Of a DNA stretch of 64,000 nt, positions 12,663 through 25,507 are shown piece after piece (the stretch's first letter is position 1; every line of letters starts with the position of its first letter). The DNA is from Squalus acanthias (lineage: Eukaryota), in contig JASTWF010000036.1 of assembly GCA_030390025.1 (NCBI GenBank), positions 1,364,001 through 1,428,000 on the forward strand, read 5' to 3'. A model generated the notes under the pieces. It was not told the origin of the DNA. It saw only the letters and a list, made by a program, of their open reading frames with translations, and did no database searches. The translations under genes and the position numbers were made by a program.

Positions 12663-13964
12663 TAGACCCTGATTGCGCTGAGGTCATTTGTAGTACCCTG
12701 ACTGCTGTCATGGCTGAGGTTAGCTTTGCTCAGCACAGAAAGATCAAACCTTAAGTCAAGTGGGTGGAGGAGAGTCCACGATAAAGCAGATGTATGGAAG
12801 GAGAAGCCTGCAGTGTCTACGATTTCAATAAAACAACTGACTGCAATAAGGACTGTTGCAAAGTTAGCTTCACCTGCTCGTAGGAAAGGGGACTGCAGGT
12901 TGCAGTCATTGAGCTGACTTCTTTGGATGCTGTCTTTAGGGGGTAAAGAAAATGCAAGGTCCAGGTGACATTACTAGAGGGTTGAAATATAGGCCTGGCC
13001 AAAACAGCCCATCCACAGCTCCAGGGTGCATGGGACCCGTCGGAAGCGTCGCTCCGGCTGCCTGCCTCTCTTCCGGAGTCTTGTCCGCGCCCGGCTGAGA
13101 GGGCGCGCGCGTGGTGTTCGCCAGTACGCTAGAGGCCTTCCACACCCGGTGGGCACCCCAAGACCTATCGTGTATGATAGCTTTCAACAGTAATATCCTG
13201 ATTTCGTTTTACTTTTAAGCTTCCTACAGTTTAATTGGACCTTGTGTTCAGACTATTGTATTCATGGTGCACTCCTCAAATGAGGGGGCACTTGTGGCGC
13301 TGTTTTCTGTCAATGCCACCCGTATTGGTCCAATTAAAAAAAAGCACGTTTCAGCGGCTTTAGTCATTTGTTGCCATAGTAACTCATCATGGTCAGGTGC
13401 CTGACCTGGAGGGCTGTAACAAGTACCAAATATATCATGGAAGGGACATTTTGCAGATTAGATTTTTCAGTTGTCTGAAATTGCTTTAAAAAAAGCCTTC
13501 CAGCCTCTTTTGAAGTACTCATCATGATCTCCCATTATTCGAAGTCACAGCTCAAAGCACCACAGGGTTATTGCTGGATGGCGTTTACCAGTCCTGCAAT
13601 TTTCAACAACAAAATGCACCTTAATTTGGGTGCATGCTTCTTGACTTCTGGTCAGCACATACCCGCAAAAAAAATAATTAGCCCTCTTTTCATATTCTCC
13701 TGCTTAGATTTTTATCACAATATAATTTTTTTAATTGTAGATGAGCGTTTTTGCTTTCGCATCACAGTGTCCAAGTCACAGATCACAGCATTTTTTCTCG
13801 GGAGTTCAATAGATTTGCAAATTGCCGCGGGTCCCAGCCTGTTCCAAGTACAGAAGAGCTCGGATGGAATGAGAGTTGCATTGGGAATAGAAGGGGCAGG
13901 GATGCCACAGTGCGTTGGCACACAGCCCAGACCAAGAGGGTCAAAGCGGCTTCTTTCTCTGAGC

Positions 13965-14295
13965 TGTAGAAGTATATCTGTGCAGTACTGAGCGAGTGCT
14001 GCACTGTTGGAGGTGCCGTCTTTCGGGCGATTTGTCTGCCCTCTCAGGTGGACGTAAAAGATCCCATGGCACTATTTCAAAGAAGAGCAGTGGAGTTCTC
14101 CCCGGTGTTCTGGCCAATATTTATCCCTCAACCAGCATCACTAAAACAGATTATCTGGTCATTATCTCATTGCAGTTTGTGGGATCTTGTTGTCTGCAAA
14201 TTGGCTGCCGCGTTTCCCACATTACAACAGTGGCTACACTCCAAAGTACTTAATTGACTGTAAAGCGCTTTGAGACATCCTGAGGTCGTGAAAAG
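13965..14295 (+). mobile_element. Deu-domain SINE, 5'-truncated
   Basis: ctctcaggtggacgtaaaagatcccatggcactatt core. Confidence 0.87.
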
Positions 14296-14307
14296 CACTG
14301 GAGAAAT

Positions 14308-15210
14308 TCTTCGGCAGCACCTCCCAAACCCGTGACCTCTACCAGCTAGAAGGACAAGGGCAGCAGGCGCATGGGAACACCACCACCTCCAAGTTCCCCT
14401 CCAAGTCACACACCACCCTGACTTGGAAATATATCGCCGTTTCTTCATCGTCGCTGGGTCAAAATCCTGGAACTCCCTCCCTAACAGCACTGTGGGAGCA
14501 CCTTCACCACACGGACTGCAGCGGTTCAAGAAGGCGGCTCACCACCACCTTCTCAAGGGCAATTAGGGATGGGCAATAAATCTTCTTCTTAGGCAGTCCC
14601 TCGGAACCGAGGATGACTTGCTTCCACATTAAAAATGAGTTCGCAGGTGACTGATGAGTCCAATGCGGGACCTACAGTCTCTGTCACAGGTGGGGCAGAC
14701 GGTGGTTGAAGGGGCAGATGGGTGGGGTGCTTGGGTTGACGTGCGCTGCTTGCGCTTGGCTTCCGCTTGCTCCCGGCGAAGAGACTCGAGGTATTCGGCG
14801 CCTTCCCGGATGCTTCTCCTCCACTTTGTGCGGTCTTGGGCCAGGGATTCCCAGGTGTCGGTGGGGACGTTACACTTTTTCAAGGAGGCTTTGAGGGTGT
14901 CCTTGAAGCTTTTCCTCTGCCCACCTGGGGCTCTCTTGCCGTGCCGGAGCTCCGTGTAGAGCGCTTGTTTTGGGAGTCTCGTATCGGGCATGCGGACGAC
15001 GTGACCCGTCCATCGGAGCTGATCGAGCGTGGTCAAAGCTTCGATGCTGGGGATGTTGGCCTGAGCAGGCACCTCAAAGCACTGGAGAGGTACCACCAAC
15101 GCTGCCTCCGCAAAATCCTGCAAATCTATTGGCAGGATAGGCGCACCAACGGGCAATAAATACTGGCCTTGTCAGCGACGCCCACATCCCATGAACGAAT
15201 AAAAAATACA
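14308..15210 (+). mobile_element. 3' end of a CR1-group LINE (same family as 16205-16601 and 52192-52835), split by an RTE insertion
   Basis: cttcggcagcacctcccaaaccc...gggcaataaat, resuming at 15151 with ...cccacatcccatgaacgaataaaaaa. Confidence 0.82.
14582..15150 (-). mobile_element. RTE-clade LINE 3' fragment with 5' inversion and 11-bp TSD
   Basis: Minus strand: QLRWTGHVVRMPDTRLPKQ...CPTCDRDCRSRIGLISHLRTH*, (aag)n tail. Plus strand ~15064-15150: HLKALERYHQRCLRKILQIYWQDRRTN. TSD gggcaataaat at 14571-14581 and 15151-15161. Confidence 0.93.
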
Positions 15211-15769
15211 TAAATAAATAAATGCAAGTCTTTTTAGTGCTCAGTTGGAAGAGTGCACCTGAAGTGGGCTATGCCTGTCTAGGCCCAGGAGCGCTGGGAG
15301 TTCCTGTCCTGGGCCATTGATGGCAGTCACGGTGCCTTTTGTAGGTCTAGCCTTTCCTGACTGCTGCAAGCCTGAACCAAACTCCACAACACCTCGACTT
15401 AATCCCTCGTACATCTGTGTGTCTCCGTCACTGCCATTGGTTGGGAGGGTTCTGTGGCGTTAATTTGCTTGATTTGAAATTGCAGAGTCAGGAGCTGTGC
15501 AGTTGGAACTTGAGTTTAATGCTCCTGTGGGGAAGTGAGGAACAATAAAAAAACAAGCTCATTAAGCAAAGGAAATAATTCTTCTCTGGATCAATAACCT
15601 TGGGGCTGGACCTGAGGTTGATTTTGATATTGCAAATATAATTGTAACTGAGTTAGTTTAAGCTCAATGAATTTAATCATTTGCAATGTTTCTTTAAATA
15701 AGCAAAGAGTCATTCTAACACCAACCAGGGAATTTGCTTGATCAGTGTGAGTAGGCAAAGAGGCCAGCA

Positions 15770-16130
15770 ACTCAGCTGGGTAATCGGGAGTATCCAGAGA
15801 TTGGGTGGGGGGTAGTGCGTTCGTCTCTAGCTCTGGGACCTGGGTTTGAATCCAGCTAAGACCTGAGGAGATGAAAGTCGGCTCTCTCCATTGGCTGTAA
15901 GGGAGGGATCCTGTGTGCAATGAGTTTGACCAGTGTCAACTTAATTCCTAGTGAGAACAGCCCTACAGCACAAAGCTGTCCCTAACTTGGTACAAGTTGG
16001 CCATCTCAGTGAGAGAGGCCGCAGGATGGCTGGGATAGGAATTGGAGCAGTTGGAGGTGTTCTAGTGAGGTTGGGGCTAAAGCATATTATCGGGGCAGAG
16101 TTTACATTGTGCTTAACCTGATTTAGTAAT
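15770..16130 (+). mobile_element. Degenerate LF-SINE-like element
   Basis: tRNA-like head (gggtttgaatcca); cctgtgtgcaatgagttt...ttcctagtg and tctcagtgagagaggccgcaggat resemble the LF-SINE consensus as recalled (not aligned). Confidence 0.55.
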
Positions 16131-16204
16131 GCCTGATACGGAAACTAGGTGCCCAAAGTGGGGAAATGTTCTATTCTATAACATGCCTCATAGAAATTTT
16201 TTAA

Positions 16205-16601
16205 AAATTTGTTCATGGGATGTGGGCGTCGCTGGCAAGGCCAGCATTTATTGCCCATCCCTAATTGCCCTTGAGAAGGTGGTGGTGAGCTGCCTTCTTG
16301 AACTGCTGCAGTCCGTGTGGTGAAGGTACTCCCACAGTGCTGTTAGGGAGGGAGTTCCAGGATTTTGACCCAGCGACGATGAAGGAACGGCCGATATATT
16401 TCCAAGTCAGGATGGTGTGTGACTTGGAGGGGAACTTGGGGGTGGTGGTGTTCCCATGCGCCTGCTGCCCTTGTCCTTCTAGGTGGAAGAGGTCGCGGGT
16501 TTGGGAGGTGCTGCCGAAGAAGCCTTGGCGAGTTGCTGCAGTGCATCTTGTAGATGGTACACACTGCAGCCACGGTACGCCGGTGGTGGAGGGAGTGAAT
16601 G
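16205..16601 (-). mobile_element. CR1-group LINE 3' end
   Basis: VAAVCTIYKMHCSNSPRLLRQHLPNPRP; same family as 52192-52835. Confidence 0.85.
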
Positions 16602-16707
16602 GGGACAGAAATTCACTGAAAGAAAAGAGGGAGAAATCTAATACTGGAAAAGACCAATTCTGTCCTGATGGGGCTGTCTAACTAATCAAATATTGAGGGA
16701 GATGACT

Positions 16708-17332
16708 CATAAGAATAAGAACATAAGAATTAGGAGCAGGAGGCGGCCATACTGCCCCTCGAGCCTGCTCCGCCATTCAATAAGATCATGGCTGATCTTC
16801 GACCTCAACTCCACTTTCCCGCCCGATCCCCATATCCCTTGATTCCCCTAGAGTCCAAAATCTATCTATCTCAGCCTTTAATATACCCAATGACTGAGCA
16901 TCCACAGCCCTCTGGGGTAGAGAATTCCAAAGATTCACCACCCTCTGAGTGAAGAAATTCCTCCTCATCTCAGTCTTAAATGGCCGACCCCCTTATCCTG
17001 AGACCCCTGGTTCTAGACTCTCCAGCCAGGGGAAACAGCCTCTCAGTATCTACCATGTCATCCCCTTCAGAATCTTGTATGTTTCAATGAGATCACCTCT
17101 CATTCTTCTAAACTCCAGAGAGTATAGGCCCATTCTACTCAATCTCTCCTCATAGGACAGCCCTTTCATCCCAGGAATCAATCCAGTGAACCTTCGTTGC
17201 ACCGCCTCTAAGGCAAGTATATCCTCCCTCAGATGAGGAGACCAAAACTGTGCATAGTACTCCAGGTGTGGTCTCACCAAGGCCCTGTACAATTGTAGCA
17301 AGACTTCCTTACTCTTCTACTCCAACCCCCTC
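16708..17332 (-). mobile_element. CR1 LINE 3' fragment
   Basis: RPHLEYYAQFWSP, RRMRGDLIETYK; tail (ttcttat)-type repeats. Confidence 0.92.
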
Positions 17333-18629
17333 TCCGACTCTCGAGTGCAACTTGTGTTTGGCTGGGTACAGAAGAGGTCCATCAGGAAGCTAACTGGAGT
17401 GTGTCTGCTCGCTTAATTGTCCAGTACTCGAGTGTAAAGCTGGATAAAGCTTTACCTGTCTGGATATAGACGACAGAGAATTAACACTGAAAGCTGAAGG
17501 CTTCATGTAATTCTCGAGGCGTCTCTTATTTGCACGGCTATAATTATATGAATGTGTAAACAGTGATCAGCTCTGAATATAGATTCATGTGTTTAAAGGT
17601 GAGGGAGGATTATCGGAATATTAATTTGTGTCTGCTGCTTTCCTGATCCTCGGCCTTGCACTTTAGCCTGATAGGGTGATATAAAGAGTGGCCTTTTTCT
17701 TGGCTGCTGTCAGTGTTTGGTCATGTTGGACAAGGGAGGGTATAATTTCTGGGACAGCATTGGCTGCCCCAGCGCTATACCCTCCCTTTGATCTACTCTG
17801 CCAGCTCAAGCAAGAACTGGGAACATGAGTGGCGAGGGGGAGTATTAAACCCTCCTCCCCACTGGTAGTAACGATGCGAGCAAGGGGGGAGGTGGGGGGG
17901 TTAAGATGGTGAAGGGAGGGTTTCGCGCCACATTCCAGCACGTTACCGCCCCCACCATCTTAACTTATCTAAAATCAGGCGCGGGAAGGCCAGGCCGCCT
18001 GCCTCAGAGGAATTTAAATAGTGAAGTCACATCCTGATGACATCATCTGTATGTGCCTGCTATTTTAACGGATCACCGCCCACTTCGGCCCCCGCACCCC
18101 CGATTCCTGCCCCCAAGTTAAAATCGGGCCTGATATATTTTATTTCTTTTGACATTGTATTCTTTTAATGTTTTAAAAATAATAGCTTATTTTTGTGTGA
18201 ACACTTGGTTTATCGAGTACAAGTTTCGGTAGTTATAAGGAATGGGTGAAGCTCCATGAGCAAAGGCCTATAACAGTATTAATGAACTATAAATAGGCTG
18301 CAAAAGTATTCAAAACTCAATAGACTGCACAGGACAACAAACACTCGAGTTATTGGTAAAACACACCATAGGGATACTGAAGCAGGGATTGCATTGTCAA
18401 GAAGGGCGCTGTTCTGCAATCCAGCCAGTGTCCCGAAAATCATCACCATCTGCTGCATGCTGCCAGTTTTAGCATCCAAAAAGGAGTCGGCCTGGAGCAG
18501 GACAGTGGGACAGTGGGCTACAGACCCAGAAGAGGAGGAGGAGTACAATGTGGGGGAGCTGGTGTACAGGCAGGGAGATTAGAGCTGAACGGTTTTAACT
18601 TATCAAGTACATCTGCTGCTCTGACTTTG

Positions 18630-18780
18630 AGTTTATACCTATCTCTCTCTATATCTCTCCCATTCTCTCACTGTCCCACTCTCTCCCCATCCCTCGCTCT
18701 CTCTCCATCCCTCTCTATCTCTCCTTCCCTCTCTCTGTCGCTCTGTCCCTCTATCGCTCTGTCTCTATATCTCTCTCTGT
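18630..18780. repeat. Degenerate (CT)n-rich microsatellite
   Basis: ctctctccatccctctctatctct... Confidence 0.85.
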
Positions 18781-19344
18781 GTTAGTTACCAGTCTTTATT
18801 GCTCTTTCTCTTTATTTTCCCCTCTTGGGTACAATTTCCTTCCAGTCCTTCACATATCTGTACGTGGGCCATTTTCTCTTCAAAATAGATGAATTTCGAT
18901 CAGTGTGAAAACACTGCAGCCCTATATCACCATGCTACATACACCGAACCTGCCCTGTAACTCTGTATAAAAATGAAATATATACTACCATTCAGGATCA
19001 CTAATAGCTATGAAAAAAAAACAAAGTACGGTTCAGAAACTAATTATTAATGTGTCATTAAAAAAAATCTATTTATTTTCTTCCTAATTGTGCAATTATA
19101 CTGCATGCATTGTTCCTCCAAAGGCTGCCTTTATTGGCAATGTAGATTTGTCTCAGTTATGTTAATTATCAGACCTCAGATAATTGAAGAATAACTGCTA
19201 TTACTTGGCTATTTTTAAATAGCTGAGTTTTAAATGTAATATAATTTTTCAATTCATGAGGCGTATGGAAATGCATAATATGTGAAAGGCATAACAAGGT
19301 TTCAGTACTAAAGAAAAGATTGACTTTGAATTGGCTCTGCATTT

Positions 19345-19591
19345 CATAGAATCACAGAAGAGTACAGTACAGAAGGAAGCCATTTGGCCCATCGAGTCTG
19401 CGCCGGCTCTTTCGAAGAGCGATCCAGTCAGTCCCACTCCCCCGCTCTTTCCCCATATCCCTGCAATTTTTCTCCTTCAAGTATTTATCCAATTCCTTTT
19501 GAAGACTACTATTGAATCTGTTTCCACCGCCCTATCAGGCAGCGCATTCCAAATCCTAACCACTCGTTGCGTAAAAAAGGTTTTCCTCATG
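19345..19591 (-). mobile_element. CR1 3' end
   Basis: Reverse complement similar to the 3' UTRs at 7900-8140 and 60600-60848. Confidence 0.85.
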
Positions 19592-19822
19592 TGTCTATTT
19601 TATTCATTCAGGAGAATCTTTGTAAGGGTCTTATCTCCCCTTTTTAATTCCACCCCATCCCCATTGAGATACACCCATTCCACTGTGTTTGGTATACTCC
19701 ACTCCATGTCCTCCGAACAGGAAAAGGCCCACTAGTCCATCTAGCCTGTCCCATCTTGTGGAAGCTCTAGCCTGCTGGTTGATTGGCACTGGAAGTGTTC
19801 CAATACCGTGCGAGTTTCTCAA

Positions 19823-20160
19823 ACTTCTTTGAACATTTTTGTTTATAAGTTATAAAAATATTGGAGAGGGGGGGAATAAAAGGCGATTGGAGGTGGGAGG
19901 TCATAAGAACATAAGAAATAGGAGCAGGAGTAGGCCATATGGCTCCTCAATCCTGCTCCGCCATTCAATACGATCATGGCTGAACTTCTTTATCCACTCC
20001 ACTTTCCTGCCGGATCTCCATATCCCTTGATTCCCTTAGTGTCCAAAAATCTATCTATCTCAGCCTTGAATATGCTCAACGACTGAGCCTCCACAGCCCT
20101 CTAGGGTGGAGAATTCCAAAGATTCACCGCCCTCTGAGTGAAAAAATGTCTCCTCATCTC
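19823..20160. mobile_element. Partial second copy of the hAT-MITE+CR1 composite
   Basis: Shares ttctttgaacatttttgtt...ggaggtgggaggtcataagaacataag with 20760-21110. Confidence 0.8.
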
Positions 20161-20633
20161 AAACTCTTGTATCTATAGAACATTCTGTAATTAACAGGAA
20201 ACTCGAGTTCCTCCAGGACCGCCCCCCCCCCCCCCCCACCGCCACTCCTCCCCCCCCCCCGCCCCCCCGCCAATCCTCCTAAAGACTGGAAACTGGCAAA
20301 CCCCACACATTTACAGGGTTCAACTTGGCCATTTTTCTCACCCAGTTTTAAAACAATCATCGAGATTCTGTGGGGGGAAAAAAAAATGGAACGATCCTGC
20401 AATCAGAATAGGTTGATTGTAGGAGCAAGAATTTCTTTGAGATCTTGATGGCCATTTTAAAACAATTCAGATGATATCAGCTGTACTCTGGCAAAATTAG
20501 GCCCTCCTGGCATGTAATTTTATACGTCCCCACTTGACTTTGATTTGATCGGAGAGTAGTGGAGAGAAAAATAAAGATGAATGTGGAAGAAGAAGTCTGC
20601 CGTCACACGCTCCTTTGTATGGTGGATCTCATC

Positions 20634-21212
20634 CAGGGTTGCCAACCCTCCAGGATTGTTCCTGGAGTCTCCAGGAATTCAAGATTAATCTCCTGGACAT
20701 TGCCGCGAGCAAAACCCAGGAGAAAAATCAGAGCAGCATTAAAAAAAAGGGTTTTTTCATTTTCTTTGAACATTTTTGTTGATAAGTTATAAAAATATTG
20801 GAGAGGGGGGGGAAATAAAAGGCTCTTTGGCCGGGCGATTGGAGGTGGGAGGTCATAAGAACATAAGAAATAGGAGCAGGAGTAGGCCATATGGTCCCTC
20901 GAGCCTGCTCCACCATTCAGTATGATCATGGCTGATCTTCGACCTCATCTCCACTTTCCCGCCCGATCTCCATATCTCTTGATTCCCTCAGTGTCCAATA
21001 TCGATATCTGTCGTGAATATACTCAACGACTGAGCATCCACAGCCCTCTGGGGTAGAGAATTCCAAAGATTCACCACCCTCTGAGTGAAGAAATTTCTCC
21101 TCATCTCAGTCCGAAATGGCCGACCGCTTATCCTGAGACTGTGACCCCTGGTTCTAGACTCGCCATGTGATGAAACCTCCAGGAATATAGCCAACCAGAG
21201 TTGGCAACCCTA
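20634..21212. mobile_element. hAT-family MITE containing a CR1 3' end (~20853-21165, minus strand)
   Basis: TIRs cagggttgccaac / gttggcaacccta; 8-bp TSD atctcatc at 20626-20633 and 21213-21220. Confidence 0.9.
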
Positions 21213-22604
21213 ATCTCATCTGAATTCAGAAATTAAAGGTTAGTACTTGGATGAGAGATAAAAGTGGAGAGAGGAGCAAATAAGTAGCAGAAATGGTGTA
21301 AAAGGGAGGGATGGGGAGGAAGGTCTGGTGAGATCACTATCTTGTTGGCTGAGCAAATAGTATTAATGGTACCTCTGGAGATCTCCAATTCCTTGACGGC
21401 CCCGGTTGGAAGGAAGTATATTAATTGGACACACGAGTAGAGAATGTTAAGAAAATATAATCAATTAGCCTTAGATTCAAGCTTCAGTGACTTTATTGGT
21501 ACATTCTCATTTTTGTATGAGGGAATCCACATGGAAATCAAAAAAACACAGGGAAATGCAAAGTATATGACCTAATTGTTAATGATCTGGGAACACTGAA
21601 GGGAGAATGTTGCTTTCAATTCCAGCGGTCAAAGATGTAATGTATCTACGCCTTACTGAGCACAAGGCTTGGAAATAGTTTCACACTAATAGGGTGAAAT
21701 TGCACTGTGCGTACCAGCAGAGTACAATGAGTTTTACTGTGCGTTTCTCCTTTATGATACCTAACCTGAGAGCATTTGACACCAAACAGAAGTAAAAATT
21801 GGGCAATTGCCCCACTATTTTGACCCATTTGTTAACCCATTTCCTTGCAACTTAAACTGAGGCCAACAGGATTGCGGATGGTCTCCTTATGAGTTTCTGA
21901 AACTTACCTGAAATTAACAAGTGGATCGTCGTAAGCAAAACACACTCTTTCTCTATGGATGGTTCACTGTCCACTGTCCCCATGCTCCTCCAGTCAGGAA
22001 ACTGGCACACCCCACACATTGGGTTTTCATGCAAAAAATCACATTTGTATGCTAATTTTGCACAGTGCGATTTCATGCCATCAGACTCATGCTCTGCATA
22101 GATGTCAGTCTCTCAGTATGTTCTCATGTACAGGGTACATCAAGTTTTATTGTCTGAATCTTCAACCAGCAGTAAAACCAGTGAAATGAGCAAAAATGAT
22201 GTGAGTGCATTTGCTTTTTGTCAATCTCGCACTCATTCTGAGTACATTCCCATCGTAGGTTATGCTTTGAACATGATACCACAGGAGAGATTATTTTATG
22301 CTGTCAACTTGTTCAATATAAATTCTGCTGCAGTTATTACTTGTGAGGACTTTTCATGGCAGCTGTTTTAGGATTGTGTTGGGCACACAGACTGAAATTC
22401 TTGCTAATGGGGCAATACCTTCACACAGCGAGAAGACCACCTTTCAGAAACATCTTCATGCGGCTGAATTGTACAAAGTACTGCAGTAGCTTGTAATGGT
22501 ATATTGATAAGCTTCTTTCCAAGAGGTTTGGCTCCGATTATCACCCTCTAGATCGTTAGGAGATTATTTTATGCGTTCCACTAATGAACTGCAAGGGAAT
22601 TCTG

Positions 22605-22835
22605 GAGAAACTTCTTTACCCAGAGACCAGTGAGAATGTGGAACTCGCTATTGAGGCGAATAGCACAGATGTATTTAAGGGGAATCTAGATAAGTACATA
22701 AGGGAGAAAAGAATAGAGGGATATGTTGATTGGGGGAGATGAAGTAGGGTGGGAGGAGGCTCGTGCGGAGCATAAACACCGGCACAGATTAGTTGGGCCA
22801 AATGGCCTGTTACTGTGCTGTAAATACCGTGTAAT
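22605..22835 (+). mobile_element. CR1 3' end
   Basis: aggagaaacttctttacccagag-like start; 3' UTR similar to the reverse complement of 3260-3500. Confidence 0.78.
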
Positions 22836-23977
22836 TCTTCAGTAGTTCCCTCCTATGTGGTCTTGTTACGGTGATTTCACACAGTCAACCTCTTGAAATG
22901 TTCAAGGAAAGTCAGTCTTGGGCAGATCCTGGAAGGTGCAGTTGGCCAAGGCTCCAACTGGGGGAAGAGCATTGAATTTGGAGTTAATTCCAACTGGTCC
23001 AAAATGAGTAAATCTGGTGTAAGGGCTCAGAGCATAAGGGTACATCTCCCCACTGGAAGGGCGAGGAACTCTGTGGTAGAGATCACCTAGGCCAATCTCA
23101 TTAACCTTGGAGGTCTCCCTGTCTCCCAATCCATCAAATTCAAAATCCTTATCCTTATCTATCACATCCCACCCTGCCTCAGCAATCTCCTCCAGTCCTA
23201 GATCACAGCCTGTGCCCTACACCCTCCTCCGACTCTGATCGAATGTGTATTCTGCCCTTTGACCCCTTGATTTTCTGTCCATTTAAACAAATGGACAGAA
23301 AATTAGGGGCTACGGGCCTACGATTTCCTGGCCAAGGCTCCCTGCTTGCACTGCTCCTCGCTTGGAGCACCCGGTTGGGGAAGTCAGTCGATATTTTCTT
23401 CTGTTTGTAAATAAACTTAATGGACCCAAATCAAAATGGCAGGTGGACACGATGCTGGTCGGGTGGGGGTGACTTAGTACGATATCAATCAGTTAGTAGG
23501 AACGAGAGAAAACTGTCCGATCACAACACATCGAGAACATTAGCTCTTTCACACTTCTCAAGTTCAACAGCCACTTAGCAGTTATAATTGACTGAAATTT
23601 GCATAATCCAGCTGTGCAATGCCCAAAGCTTGCACATAATGACTCCTCCAAAAGGTAGAGATTCCAGTTGCTCCACAAAGCTGTGCTTTCCCAAAAAGGA
23701 AGCAAGTCCTAAGTCTAAAGTAAATCACGCTCTCCCAGTCAGAAGAGAACCCCAGGCAGTGCTCCACTTGTCAATCACAAACTCCACAGGCCCAGTGATA
23801 CACATATTCTAGCTGTTTAATGACTTCAAATCTACAGCAGTAAATGTCAAGGCGTTTACTATTAAATGAGTAATGGCACGAGGATCCTTGAGCTAATATA
23901 GAGAAGGGAATCTCAGGAGATAGATTACATCAGGAAGGTTGAGTTCCGCAAAGCGATCAGAAATGACATGACATTTC

Positions 23978-24365
23978 CAGCACAGAAACAGGCCATTCAG
24001 CCCAACTGGTCCACCCTACTTCATCTCACCCTATCAGCATAACCCTCTATTCCTTTCTCCCTCATGTGCTTATCTAGCTTCCCCTTAAATGCATCTATGC
24101 TAGTCGCCTCAACCACTCCCTGTGGTAGCGAGTTCCACATTCTAACCACTGGGTAAAGAAGTTTCTCCTGAATTCCTTATTGGATTTATGAGTGACTATC
24201 TGATATTGATGGCCCCTAGTTTTAGACCCCCTCACAAGTGGAAACATCTTCTCTCCATCTACCCTATTGAACCATTTCAAAATTTTAAAGACCTCTTTTA
24301 GGTCATCCCTCAGTCTTTTTTCTAGAGAAAAGAGCCCTAGCCTGTTCAGTCTTTCCTGATAGTTT
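23978..24365 (-). mobile_element. CR1 3' fragment
   Basis: FPLVRGSKTRGHQY...FRRNFFTQ. Confidence 0.85.
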
Positions 24366-24699
24366 CTAATTCATTTTTCACTTTCAAGTTAAAATGGACT
24401 GAACCACGCCTTGCACTGTCTATGAAACTTAAGAATTGACATTTCCATGTTTACGGTACCTCTCTGTATAATGAATGGCCCTGAATTAGTGGTCGGAGGC
24501 TTCCCGCGGGGAAATTCCTCCAATCCGCAAATAAAATGCCCGCGTACCTGGGGCCTCGAGACCCACGGAGACGCACGGTCCTGGGCCTCCCCGGGTACCC
24601 GCGGGTAGAGGCCCACGTATCCCAGGGGCGCAGGCGGCTCGCGAGCGCCCCTGGGATCACGTGGGCCAAACCAACGAATGAAAGAAGGGGATCCCCATT

Positions 24700-25504
24700 C
24701 ATAAGAACATAAGAAATAGGAGCAGGAGTAGGCCATTCGGCCCTTCGAGCCTGCTCCGCCATTCAATGAGATCATGGCTGATCTTCTGCCTCAACTCCAT
24801 TCACCGGCCCTATCGCCATATCCCTTGATGCCCTTACTAGTCAGAAATCTATCGACTTCTGTTTTGAGTATACCCAATGACTGAGCCTCCACAGCCCTCT
24901 GGGGTAGAGAATTCCAAAGATTCACCACCCTCCGTGTGAAGAAATTTCTTCTCAGCTCAGTCCTGAATGGCCTACCCTTTATCCTGAGGCTGTGACCCCT
25001 GGTTCTAGACTCCCCAGCCAAGGGAAACATTCTCCCAGCATCCACCCTATCAAGCCCTGTAATAATTTTGTATGCTTCAATGAGATCCCCTCTCATTCTT
25101 CTGAATTCAAGAGAATACAGGCCGAGTTTACTCAATCTCTTCTCCTACGACAGTCTCACCATCCCAGGAATCAATCTCGTGAACCTTCGTTGCACTCCCT
25201 CTATGGCAAGTATATCCTTCCTTAGGTAAGGAGACCAAAATTGTACACAGTACTCCAGGTGTGGTCTCACCAAGGCCCTATATAATTGGAGTAAGACTTC
25301 TTTACTCCTGTACTCAAATCCTCTTATAATGAAGGCCAGCATACCATTTGCCTTCCTAATGGCTTGCTGTACCTGCACATTCACTTTCAGTGACTCATGT
25401 ACAAGGACACCCAGGTCCCTTTGAGTATCTGCATTCCCCAATCTTTCACCATTTGGGAAATACTCTGCCTTTCTGTTTTTTCTACCAAAGTGGATAACTT
25501 CACA
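24700..25504 (-). mobile_element. CR1 3' fragment
   Basis: CEVIHFGRKN...[10 protein letters not shown]...RRNFFTRRVVNLWNSLP, with tail. Confidence 0.93.
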
Positions 25505-25507
25505 TAA

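Noticed and set aside
18394..18582. Short acidic ORF (DPEEEEEYNVGELVYRQGD) as a host exon
   Set aside because: No recognisable homology or convincing splice context.
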